A stretch of DNA of 64,000 nt from Nageia nagi. Its lineage: Eukaryota > Plantae > Pinophyta. The notes beneath the pieces were generated by a model. The model saw nothing but the letters and a program-made list of their open reading frames with translations. It was not told where the DNA came from and did not search any database. The position numbers and the translations under genes are program-made. The stretch covers positions 32,302,001 through 32,366,000 of the forward strand of contig JBITNC010000001.1 in NCBI GenBank assembly GCA_050084985.1, read 5' to 3'. Numbering within the stretch: the first letter of the stretch is position 1; every line of letters begins with the position of its first letter. This document shows, piece after piece, positions 49,793 through 62,000 of this stretch.

Positions 49793-52000
49793 ATTACAAA
49801 TGCTACTAGTGTACCATTTGAGCATTGGCTTTGTATTATTCATGAATGTTATTTTAGGTTAATCATCATCATAATTATGCTTGCCTCTTACTCACCAAGC
49901 TTGTCTCCTACTCACTATGCTCGACTCTTGGTTATAAATATGGAATGAAGATAATAATTAAATTTCAAGGACTAATATTATAGAATAAAAGTGCAACTAA
50001 AAAAATATAGTAATAGGGAGAAAGTACTAAAAAGTTGAAATGAAGTTGACATGTGTAAGGTAAGTCTTTTTTTTTCCACTAACATAAGAAGTAACCAAGA
50101 TTTTAAGATCATTGTTAACTTATTTGGCAAATGTAAGTCTCTTTTTTTATCTAACATTTCTTTTTCTAAAACCCTAACCAAGTTTGTCTAACTCAAAGGC
50201 TTGCGATCAAGCATTGTAATTTTTATCTATGAATTTAAATATATATCAACGAACCTACACCACCAAGTTGAGGGTTCGAATCCCTATGCAAGCAAATATG
50301 AATGATGTTGACAAAAGGTCGATCAAAGGTGTCATGGATTATAGGGTTCAACATTCACATGAGAGAAGAGGAAACTTGATGCAAAGGTGGATTATAAAGA
50401 GGAGGAAGGGGGAATTGAACAGTCATCTACGAAGTGACAGGTTGCTAAGGGTGTTTGTGTGGAGTCTTCTTTGGAGGTTATAGATGCACAAGTGAGAGTT
50501 GTGGCACCAGGGAATGGTAATGCTTTTGTCAATGTAAGTTCTAAGATCATTTTTTTTAGGGTTTAATATTTTTATTTTTTATTTTTTTTATCATTGTTTG
50601 TGTTGCAAGGTTGTTGTGTAGTAAACTATGAGTATAGTATTGCTCAGATTATAAAATGCATGGAATGGGAACTTTTCATGGTGTTCCAATCGTAGTTATT
50701 AGATTAAATAGTAAATCGTATTGAAAAAGATTTTGAAAATTTGTACAAGGAGTTAGATTGAGGCACCATTGATTATCAATTCTTCCACATGTTATCATTA
50801 TCTTAAAAAAGAGTTAATTCATCATAAAATTCATATATTACTAGCCAAGGAGTGCAATATCTAAATCCTCTAGAATACATTGTTAAGGGCCCAAGAAATT
50901 CCTCTTTGAGAGTAAGAGAGTTTGTTATGTCTATCCTAAATTTTCTTTGATAGAAATTTTTATTAACAAAAATTGACAATTCCAATGGAGGAGATAAGAC
51001 TTATTTATTTATTTTTTCACTTCTATTTTTATTTCAAATGCATTTTCACCAAGGAAAACTAAACTTATCTTTTCATCTTTCCATTTTCAAAAAAAGACAA
51101 CTATACATATAAAGATAAAGATAAAATCACTTTACGTATTCCTTTATTCTAGTATTTTATAAAATATAAATAAGTGATAAGTTAGGGGACCTATCACTTT
51201 CACTGGATTATTATACTAGGTGATCTAAACTTCCTATTAACCATGTACTTTCATATATTCATCCCAAATTTTCTTATACATGCATGTAGTCAAGGAGTCT
51301 ATCATTTCCTTTGAGAGTTTATCTTTTGTTGTAAATACATTTCTTTTTTATGGGTATTCATTTATGTACTAGTTTAGGTTGTTAAATCTACCTTCTTAGA
51401 TGCACCAACTCGGCCAAAATTGTAATACCACGAAGTCATTCTTTTAGGAACACAAATTTTAAGTATTTTAGATGCATTAAGGGCTCACAAAGATCTCATC
51501 TACCTTTACACAATTATGATTTTTTTGCATGTCTTTTGTTGGAGTAGAGACCAATAAGGAGTTATTGTAAAGCCAAATTTTTGGGTCATTTTTGTTTCCT
51601 CACCTTACAGCTAAAACAATATACAAATGAGGGTAAAATCAAACCATGGTATTATGAGCTTCTGTATTGCCCATGAGTCTTATTAAGTGCATAATATTCA
51701 TGTTGAAGGATGTCCATGTAGATCTCAATTTTGGGGAGGCGTTTGGTAATGTTGTATGTGAACCCTCCAAAATCATATCTCATTTCATGTTATGGTGTTA
51801 AAGAAGATAAAGTTCTATTCATGGTTGGTTGTTTGATGAAATGATAAAATTTGATAAATATTTGGGTTTTCATATGGAGAGTTGGTGAGAATGGGTGTTG
51901 AAATCTCTCGGATGTAAAAGGTCAAGTTCAAATCTCACTACCCCTCGAGTGTAAAAGAATACAACAAAGAATATTATTAGTTTCTAGCAGGAGTAGACGA

Positions 52001-52330
52001 GGCTAGATGCAAGGCTTGACTTAACTTTAATGGAAGAGATATCTTGATCACAACATTGGGGCTAGATGCAAGTATTGGATGACTTTAATAGAATAGACAC
52101 TTCAAATTGCAATATCGAAGCTAGATGCAAATCTTGAATGACTTTGATAGAAGAGACAATCTAATTACAACATTGAAGCTAAATGCAAATTTTGGATGAT
52201 TTTGATAGAAGAAACAACCTAATTATAACATCAAAACTAAATGTAAATCTTAGATGTTTTCAATGAAAAAGACATCTTAATTGTAACATCAAAACTAAAC
52301 ACAAATCTTTTTGATAGAAGAAACACCCAC
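52001..52330. repeat. ~58-bp tandem repeat, 5-6 copies
   Basis: Units of gctagatgcaaatcttgaatgactttgatagaagagac...aattacaacat. Confidence 0.88.
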
Positions 52331-52499
52331 CATAGCCATAACCATCACATCTAAACTAAAAATAAAGATTATTTAAAATAAAATTAAATATCTTAAAAAT
52401 AAAATAATTTGATAAAATCTAATACCTTAATTGCCCCACCTCATCCATTAACAAACCCCAAACAAAATTTGACACGTAAATTCGATTAAAAGGAATATA

Positions 52500-53474
52500 A
52501 TCTTTTCTTTTCACCAGCGAAGACGAACCCTGAATTTTGCTTCTGCTCAGGGCTTTCTTCAATGGCTGCTACACCTGCACAATTTCCTAGGTTTTCCACT
52601 TCTTTTCTTTTCTCAACCAACCTACACTACCAGGTCGAGGGTTCGAATCCCTGTGCAAGCAAAGATGAGCGATGCTGGCAGAATGCCGATCAAAGGCAAC
52701 GCGGATTATTGGGTTCGGCGTTCGCATGACAAAGATAGGGTTAAGAGGACCTCCTCTGATCATATCGATGATGCCGAAACATTTGCTCCTCGTCCTTCCA
52801 AGGAATAAAAAACAGGCAATTTTACAAGGATGAAAAATTCGATGACAGAGCATTAGTCACGAGAGACGTATGGATAGGGATGGCAATAGAAGAGATAGAG
52901 ATCAGGATTATAGAAACAGGAAGGAGAAAGAGGCGAGGGTTAGGGATGAGGGTTTGGATGGAAGGAATGAAGAACACCAATCTCATTACGACGAGGATGG
53001 AGCAAAGAGAGGAATGGATGTATCTGTGGAGAGGAGTAGAAGGTTCGTGAGGGTTCCAAGGAAAGAGAAAGGGATAAGAGACCCGGTGATGGTAGATATA
53101 GGGAGAGGTCTCTCAGTTTGGATGATGGGGTTAAGAAGGATTTACATTCGCAGGTATTTAGGGAGAGTAGGGAACCACATCCGAGTCTACCTGCAACCAC
53201 ATTCAAAACACTGCACACCCTTGGATTTGACAGCATCCAGGGGTTCTCTTACTTACCCTAACAGAATTGCACATCCCAGCTTTAATATGTCTAAACACAG
53301 ACATATTTATAAGCTCTGACTTAGGGTCGCTTGCATAATTCTCCATCTTTGGATCTTCTGTGCTTCGAATTGGAATATTCTGGATAACCTGATCCGGAAT
53401 ATGTCAAACGGGACTCGAATGTGTGACCTGGAACTGAACTATTAACTTCTATTTATTGAACAATCTTAGCTGAA
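52500..53474 (+). other. CpG-retaining promoter/first-exon-like region with an unidentified R/D/E-rich reading frame (52870-53319)
   Basis: CpGs are visibly more frequent than in the flanks. The 149-aa low-complexity ORF has stops and frameshifts upstream and no recognised domain. Confidence 0.35.
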
Positions 53475-56400
53475 ATGGATATCAAGAAGGTGGGAGAAAA
53501 GCTTTTGAGTTCGGTCAGATCGTTTAATTTCCTGTCCGCGCCATCGGATCGTCCTGAGGTGTGTTGATCTTTAAAGCTGAAGCTTAAATTTAAATAAATA
53601 TTTTTTTTTTCCTTTCATATGGAATTTTGTGCAGTGATCGTTACTTTTTTACATACATTTTTACTTTTGGTTAAATTTATCCAGAGGTTTTCAGTTTAGC
53701 ATGAATTCATATATCGATATGTACTTTATCTTGAACATATTGAAATGTTTACTCTTTAGCTACAATTTAATATGCAGTATTGCACTTTAGCTTAAATTTA
53801 TGCAAAGGTGTTCAGTTTATATGTTTTATTCAAGTGTAAATTTAGTCAGAGGCTTTTACTTGAATTTCCGGATATTGGAGAGATTTTCACTTTGACAGAA
53901 ATATATGCTTAGGTTTTCACCTAATCTTAGATTCACAAGGAAGTTTTTACTTTAGTTTCAACCGTTAGCCTGTTGCAAATGTGTTCTATAGTGGTACTGT
54001 GGTAAACCATACTTTTATGTTGTTATTTTGTGGTTATGTTTGTTTTCAAGCTAGATTTGGGTGCGTGTAGGGAGAAATGATTGTAATTAGGATGTGAAGT
54101 TATCAACTTTGCATTGGGTGTGTGGTGAGAAATGATTGTAATTAGCATTTGAAGTTCTTAACTTGGTGACTATTTTCAGGGACAAGGATTTTTGTGTGGA
54201 TTGGGGCACTGGCATTGCCGTGTTTTACTCTTTTTTTGAGTTATCTTTATGCCGCTTGAGAATTAAGACTTTAAGATGGTTTGTGTTTGGTCTTTATTTG
54301 AACTTGAAGCATTCATGTAATTCCCAGGTCTATGGATTCAGCCTTTTATAGGTCCACATTCACTATTAGGTAGTCGGCTTTTTATAGGTCGACATTCACT
54401 ATTAAGGAACTGGGTGATACAGTTTCCACCAATGCTCTTGCTGGAATTTGGAAGTTCAATAAATTGAGCCTTGTCTAGCATTTGAAAGTTAACGGGTTGA
54501 TTATGCTTGAAAACTGCAATCTTGATATTTCTGTAAAAATATTGATGATATGAGGTACTCACAGGATAACATTTTCTAAGGATTAAAAGCTTTGGAGATT
54601 GTGGTGTTTAGTTCTGAATGCTGTGTAACTGTAACATCAAGATAACATTTTCTGAGGACTAACAGCTCTGGAGGATGCATGCTGTTTAAAAATACATAAT
54701 ACTTGGTTCCAAGTTGTAAGTAGCTGTCTTGTGTATATTGGGCAGTAGCATGAGTGATGCTTGGCATAATGTCAATAAGCTATAATGTCATAACTTTGCA
54801 AACTCTGGAGAAAGGTTTTGAAACACATTTTGCAACGTTTGAAATCTTACAAAATTGAATTAGACGCAATTTAATTCATCAAACATCTAGCATTAACAGT
54901 GACCAATGTAGGTCATTGGGACTCAAAAATACATCCAATTATAATATAAACCCTTAAATGTCATTCCTATCATTGGAAATTACCTGTATTACAGTACATA
55001 TTAGAATTTTTTAATAATAACTTTTGTGGGTGGTAAGTGTCGTGACTGTTAGCATTTGAGGTGACAATCTGTTCTTGTCAGTCTCTCTTTTCTTTTATGA
55101 ATGAGTTTTTTACTGTACGCATCATCATTACATAAACATGCCTTTTCTATATCCATGTATAATCAATGTTTCTTCATATTATGAATTGTGGATTTTTGAA
55201 ATAATTCATTATGATTATTCAAAGATATATATGCTTGAAGTGGAAAGCATTCCTCTCAAGGCTAAAGGATTGGAAAATAAATACTGATGGCTTTGCACTC
55301 TTTATGTGTCTGGGATGAAGGTTGTAGTAGTATAGGACTTTTACGTATTTTTTGTTGTCCTGAGTTGCCTTTTCATTTGGTTCATACTATGGGAATGCCT
55401 GTAGTAGGTTTTCAACAATATGAACAGTGGATTTCTTGTACCTGTGGAAATTGCTTTAATTCATAGCTTTACTTATGTTCTTAGTTCTTTTTTTAATTTT
55501 CATTAATACGGACACATATAAGATTCGAGGGAGATGGAATTTATGAGTTAGCTTTATAAAAATAGTTAAACACTTACCGATGCAAATATATAGAACTAGA
55601 ATGGATGTTTTTATCTCTATCACTAGTTCTTCCTCTTGAGCTAAGGCCAATGTCTTGATTACATGAAGGTCGAATTATTACTTTATCCTTTGAAATCATG
55701 CTCTATGAATGGTTTATTGTACTTGTCTCTATATGTGATATATTGCACACCCACCACAAGTACTATTATCCAAACCTAATGAACTATGTTAGTACAACCA
55801 AAATGCAACACCAGACCATAGATGCCATGCATGTGCTTGACCGAACAGGAAAATATGCTTTTAATAGAATTATGCAATAATAAAAATTATCTAGCATTCT
55901 TCATTCTTAGGCAAAGATGTTTTTGGCTGTAGGAATTTGCATTGAAGACCTTTGCTCTGATGAGAATAAATTTATAGAATCACATTTTCCACTTTTTAAC
56001 AATTAGTAAGTAGATGAAGTTTGATATTCATATCTGAAAGCACTAGAATTCTGGCTGGTTGTGGAGAGAATATTTAACAAATTCTCACAATACTGTTTCT
56101 TCCTTTTTGAAGTCTACCCTAATGCTAAGTACACTAATTTTTAAATTAAAGGATAACATGATAATTAGTTGGAGTCAATTTTTAAATTTACTCTTACCTT
56201 CTTCCATCGTAAAATCATTTTGTTTGGTATTTATTTTATGAATTTAATATTCTGATATGTTCTTATATATATTCTTATAATGATTTCTTTTTCGGGTCCC
56301 AGCTCGTGTAGCAGCAGCTACGGCTGTTGCAAGAGCAGTTGCAGGGCTTCCTCGTCACCAAAGGCTAGCTTTATCATCGAGTTCCAGTGGCTTGGTTTCT

Positions 56401-58091
56401 CCATATGCTAGTGTGTTTCATGGTCAGACTGTGGAGCGACCTGCGGAAGAGTTTTATGAAGAGGTGCTTCTTTATTTGTATTGTGCCTTTGATGTTACAC
56501 AATTTTTAACCTTATTATTAAAAAAATGTTTATCACCTCATTATGAAAATTTGATGCCAAATGTGGAACATCGATTGTGTTTAGCTTGTATTAGATAGGT
56601 ATTCGGGGGAATTCTTTTTTAATGCCAGTAAAAATTTAATTGTACAATTAACTTTCATCATAAAAAAGTGTTCCCACAGGATTTCAAGAACCTTTGGAAT
56701 TTGCAGCCTCTAGTTTAGTAGATAGGTTAAGGTTATGAATAGTTCTTGTCCTTTATGGTGACAGCAAAAGACATTTTTTCAGAGGGGGGTGAGATTTTCT
56801 TTATGAATATTTTTGTTGATAATTTTTGCAATGTTTTTGTTCAACAAATAATATATATCAATTGCTGGCATAACACAGATTATGGGTTGTTATTTATGTT
56901 GATTTGATATTTCTGTATTATTCTTTTCAATTTGCTAGTGATTTGTGACTTGACTTTGTGCAAGATTTTTGACCCAGTCAGACATACATTGGAAAACATT
57001 CCAACTGAAGAAAATGAGCTAAGCAATTTTGAGAAAAAGGTAGGAGATTCACTTTTTATAGATGACATGCCATATTTCTTATCCTCTCAATGGGGCATAA
57101 AGGTTGCCCTTTTACCGTGAAGGTGTAAACTTCTTGTATAGATTCCTTCCAAGTTCAATATAATCTACAGTACAGATCCGAAATAGACATTTGAGTACTT
57201 ATAAACATTGGGTTGTAATGGACTTCTACACAGCAACAGACCAGGATTTAAATCTGATATCTGTAGACTATAACCAGTAAATGATGTTACTTTGAGACTG
57301 GTAAGTGGTAACATATTTATCTAGGGACTATCGAAGCCTAAATCTGAGACTTGTTGAGATGAAATGGAATGTGGATAAACAAGATCTTTGCAAATGAAAT
57401 GAAATGATTTTGGTGACTTTTTGCAAACCTCAAATTCATTCCAAGGGGTTAAATATTGATTGATATGCCTCAACCTGCATAAGTAGCAACACTTTCCGCT
57501 CATGTAAATTGGCCTTACCCTATATTAATAATATCCTATGTTTTGTTCAAGTCTTGGGGATATGGGTCTTAGTTGTGATCACCTAAATTATAGTTAACAT
57601 GAACAAAATGATGTATAAATGAAGATTATCAAACTAGTTTTCATGCCTTCAAATAATAGAAATAGTACTCTATATTTTGCTTTTGCAAAAAGTAATTCAT
57701 ATCTAGAGTATTAGATTGTTTTTCTTTATAAATGCAATAGAAAGAAATTTTACTAGTGTCGACTCGTAGACCATAGCAGGTAGGTGGGACTCGAAATTTA
57801 AGATAGGCAATGATGCTCTTCACAAAACAGATGAGTGACAGTAAAAATGAAAGTTAAAATTAGAAAAGACAGGTTAAAATGCTCTAAATTTGCAGCTTTC
57901 TTATGGATAACTTTGCTGTATCAAACATCTTTTGAAAGTTAAACTTGGTACATTCTAGTTTTATTGTACTTGTATCTCATATGTTGTCTATTTTTGGTAA
58001 TTTTCCTCTCAGGTTTCTCAAAGGTTAGTGCAATTAGATGTTGTTACGGAGCAATTATCTCGTGAAGTAATAGAACACCATGAGGAATTGG
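53475..58091 (+). pseudogene. VPS50: VPS50/syndetin (EARP subunit) 5' fragment, 4 exons (53475-53558, 56296-56463, 56965-57039, 58013-58091)
   Basis: MDIKKVGEKLLSSVRS...SDRPE | VPARVAAATAVARAVAGLPRHQR...EEFYEE | IFDPVRHTLENIPTEENELSNFEKK | VSQRLVQLDVVTEQLSREVIEHHEEL matches the plant syndetin N-terminus. The exon-2 acceptor is GG instead of AG, and no further exons are seen in the window. Confidence 0.9.
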
Positions 58092-58535
58092 GTAAGCATG
58101 CTTCAATGCATTGTGACTTAATGACAGTCTTTATCAACTAGTTATTCAGCCTTTTCAAAGATCTTTAGACGTGCATCTCTGGAAATAGTTTTCACAAAGA
58201 TTAAAAATACAGTCATAGTTCATTATAACCACAACTTTCACATTCCCATGGTAAAAATTATAAATATTGAAGCCTACCATAAATATTTTATTTAGATCAA
58301 AAGAACTTTGGGATTTGATAGAAAATAAACATGTAGAATTTGCATATTAAGAAACATATAATGCACTCACTCAAGCTCGTAACGATTTTATTGAAAGAAA
58401 ATTGTAAGATGGATAAAATAAATCTTATTTTTCATTCTAAAGGTAGTTGATTAATCAATTTTTCAAAGGATTGTGGCAATAGCTTACTTAAATCAAGAAA
58501 GAGAGATTTTACAGCATAAATCAACTACTAATTGA

Positions 58536-58656
58536 TCCTCCCCATGTTGGTTGGGGGGTATGAGCACATGCTCCAGCCCCCCCCCCCCCCCTTCCCCATG
58601 ATGGTTGGGGGGGGTAGGACCACATGCTCCACCCTCCTCTCTCCCCACGTTGGTTG
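58536..58656. repeat. Short copy of the GAGCACATGCTCC minisatellite
   Basis: ctccccatgttggttggggggtatgagcacatgctccagccccc... is nearly the same as 37900-37960. Confidence 0.88.
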
Positions 58657-59066
58657 AATGTCAAAGAGATAGGATGCTATGAGAATTCTTCAAAGGTGAT
58701 TAGGACAAGATCAAAGTTGTACATTACGTTCAAAGAGATAAAACAAGTTCTCATAGCAGTAACTATAATGAAATATAAAAAAAATGAAATAGGTTTGAAT
58801 CAATGGAGAAAAGCCAGCTAATAAAAAGAACGACTCCTCAGAATATGATGAGTTAAAGATGCAAAATGTATCTTAGAAGCTTATTTTCGAACACAAACAA
58901 TTAAAGAAATCTCCTATGATCATTAATCATGACGAACAATTAAGAATTGTGGTTATTGTGCTAGAAAAGAGGCAGTTGTATTAATCAAGCGATCAAATTT
59001 ATTGAATTTTTATAATTATACATTCCATTAGATGATTGACTAGAAAGAAGTTAACAGAAAACTCAC

Positions 59067-62000
59067 TTTAATTCTTTTTGCAAGAACAGTATTCATCCCT
59101 CACTCCTTGATGGTATTTGCAATATCTTCAACATCAACACACCTGACTGCATCCCAATTAATAGCATCATTTGCATCTGGATGCCTTCCTTTTTTATCTG
59201 CACAGCGATAAAGTTCTTTGGCAGTCTTGTTTATAGATTCCCAATCAAGTTTTAATTTCCGTTGTTGCTTTAGCAATTCCAGTTGTTTGACCGATTTTAA
59301 TTTTGATATAATGAACTTTCTTGGTAGTTCGGCGACGTTTTGGAATGACTGGATCTCAATTACTAGTTAGAGGAGTATCTTCTGGAGTAGAAATTTGACT
59401 CAATTGAAAGTTCAATTCCTCTGGCAGGATTGTGGTTTTAGGGACTGACTCAGAATTTTCTTATTGTGACAAGGAACAAAGTGCTGATGCAGTAAATTGA
59501 CTTTCTTCTATTAATGAACTATAATGACAGCTATAAACAGAGCAGGTTTGACAATTTTCTTCAGAGGATCTCTCAAAGAAATCATATGAGAATTGTTATG
59601 AGGAATTTTGGTATTCACCAAAACTATTGCACTGTTGACCAAGAGATTCCAAGCTAGCACTGTCTCTATAAAAGGATGCTATTATTGAATTTGAATGGGC
59701 ATGGTCCTTTTCAAGAATCAAAGCATATGTATGTTGAAATGTCTTTGTGCAATTCAAGTGGAACACTTATCCCTGTGTAACCCAACTTCATTGCTTCTGC
59801 ATTTTGACCTCTATCAAATTGCACTTGAGCATTTCCATTACATTCAATATCATCTTGAGCCCTTTGCTCAATAAAGTTATCATTTCCCTTTTCAGCTTTT
59901 GCTTTCACATTTTCTACAGATTCTATCATTAGAGCTGGTACCTTTTCACATCTTCGTAACAAAACTCATTCACGAATATCATCAAACTCTCTTTCCTTGA
60001 TTTTGAGAGAATTGACTACCAAGAAGGAGATTATATTCTCCTTGATCACTTTATACATACTGTACAGTAAAATCTGGTATATCTCTTTGTTAAAAAGTTG
60101 GTTCACAGTATTTGCTAGGGATATTTGATCCTTGATTTTGAGATGGATCAGTACCATAATCCATAGTTTCATTAAGAAACCACTGTTGACTATTCATACT
60201 ACAAAAACCATCATGAATAGTTTTACTTATTTTACAATATTTTGTCTCCATCATTTTTATGTTTTCTCTGCTATTTGGGTTTGGTTGGCTTTCTGCTCAA
60301 GCTCATTTACAAATGAGATTTATCATTCCCATTTTCATTTTTTCTTGGCTTATTTTTCAAGGATGCTAAACATAATTCTGGTAAGGTCTCATGGCATTTA
60401 AACAATGGCTAACAAGCCTTATCAGGCAAAGTTGATTCTAGATATTCTGATGGCTGGATACAAAGTGTCATGCTTTCCTCAAGGAACTCAAATTGGCTAC
60501 TGGAGTTATGATTTTGAGTGTTATTACTCACAATCATAGACCTAGTCTGGACTCGAGTGCTATAATTTCTCATCATAGGTTTTCTCATGTTTGCTTTGCT
60601 GCTGCTGCCCTCACTGTCCTGAAGGTATTCATCTACATCCAGAGTATCATCAGAGTCAGATGACTCGAAGTTTCTTTTAGCTTCATGCAAATCCATAGAT
60701 ACTTCCCTTTGCGTTTCTTCTGGATGCTCAGTGCAAGACTTCCTCAAGATTCTCTCATTTACTTGCACTTTAGCAGTAAGATTGGACTCTGAACATGATC
60801 TGAAATGACAGAAAGGCAGATTCGCAGGCATGATATCTACTTTAGCATTCGTATCAAATTAAGAATAATGTGAAGAACTATGATTGGGAAAAGATTCTTC
60901 AGATGCATTGCTGCTATCCGCCCCTGTAAAGAGATCACTTGTAGGATAATGGGGCCAGGGAACCTCATATGTGTCGCCCACCACCAGGTTCTTTCTTTGA
61001 CTTGAAATCCTTTCCCCAAGTGTAAGGTTACCTTCATAAGATTACCTAGTATCTGCCTTTTTTCTTAGTATCTGCCTTTTTTCTTAGCATTTCCTGTCTC
61101 TGACCATCCACTTTGCAGCTTACACGATAAGATGTTGTGTCAAGCACAATGTCCTCTGCCCTTTCAGTATCAGGTGTGTCATATTGGTTGACTTTAACAG
61201 GAGGGAATCATGAAGCAAGGGATACAAATGCTGAGCTGCAAAAGATATTAAAAACTTATTAGAATACTATGATTTTCATAAAAACTTTGTTAGAAACTCA
61301 AATGATAAATCCAAGTTTGATATTGCATTAAAAAACGTTCAATGATTATCCATATTTGAACTATTAAATATAAACAACTTAAGATTCAGAGCCTAAAACC
61401 TGAAGTGGGAATGTTCCAGGATACCTGGAAAGGTGATCCGAGACATTTTAAGTTAGGAATGCGCCAATGATAGAGTCCAAAGCGGATCCTTTCCATGGTG
61501 AAAACTGACAATTTCCTGCAACAAAAATTTTCCAAGTTCCAGATCATCCTCTTTATTCTTGGAACCAGAGATGGCATTAAACGTTTATTTCAATAACATT
61601 TAGGGCTTTTTTTCCCTGAATACCAGTTCTCATATATACAAATATAACATAGTAAAGCTACATCAGAAAACATTTGTTTTTATTTTTGCAGTACTTCAGA
61701 AAAGTATAATATTGATGTTCATGTAACAGTTGTCACAGCTACAGACTACTATATGTGAGTTCAAAGAAAATACCTTTTAAGTTATGCAACAATGGAGTAT
61801 TTCACAAATAATTATTATAAGGATATGTTTGTTTCAAGAATGATGGTTACCAGCATTACATTGAATTAATCAATGTGCAAGCCATAAAGTGCAAAACTCT
61901 TGACACTTGCAGGTGCATTCAGTTTCCATGTCAACACACTCAACCCTCAAGAGCTCTAACAAAGACATTAGAATTAAAGAAAAAAAAGACAAAGCCATTT

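Noticed and set aside
52630-52660. GGGTTCGAATCCC T-loop/box B motif suggesting a tRNA (also at 50271)
   Set aside because: No D-arm, anticodon arm or acceptor stem can be folded around it. It lies in a duplicated coding-like segment.
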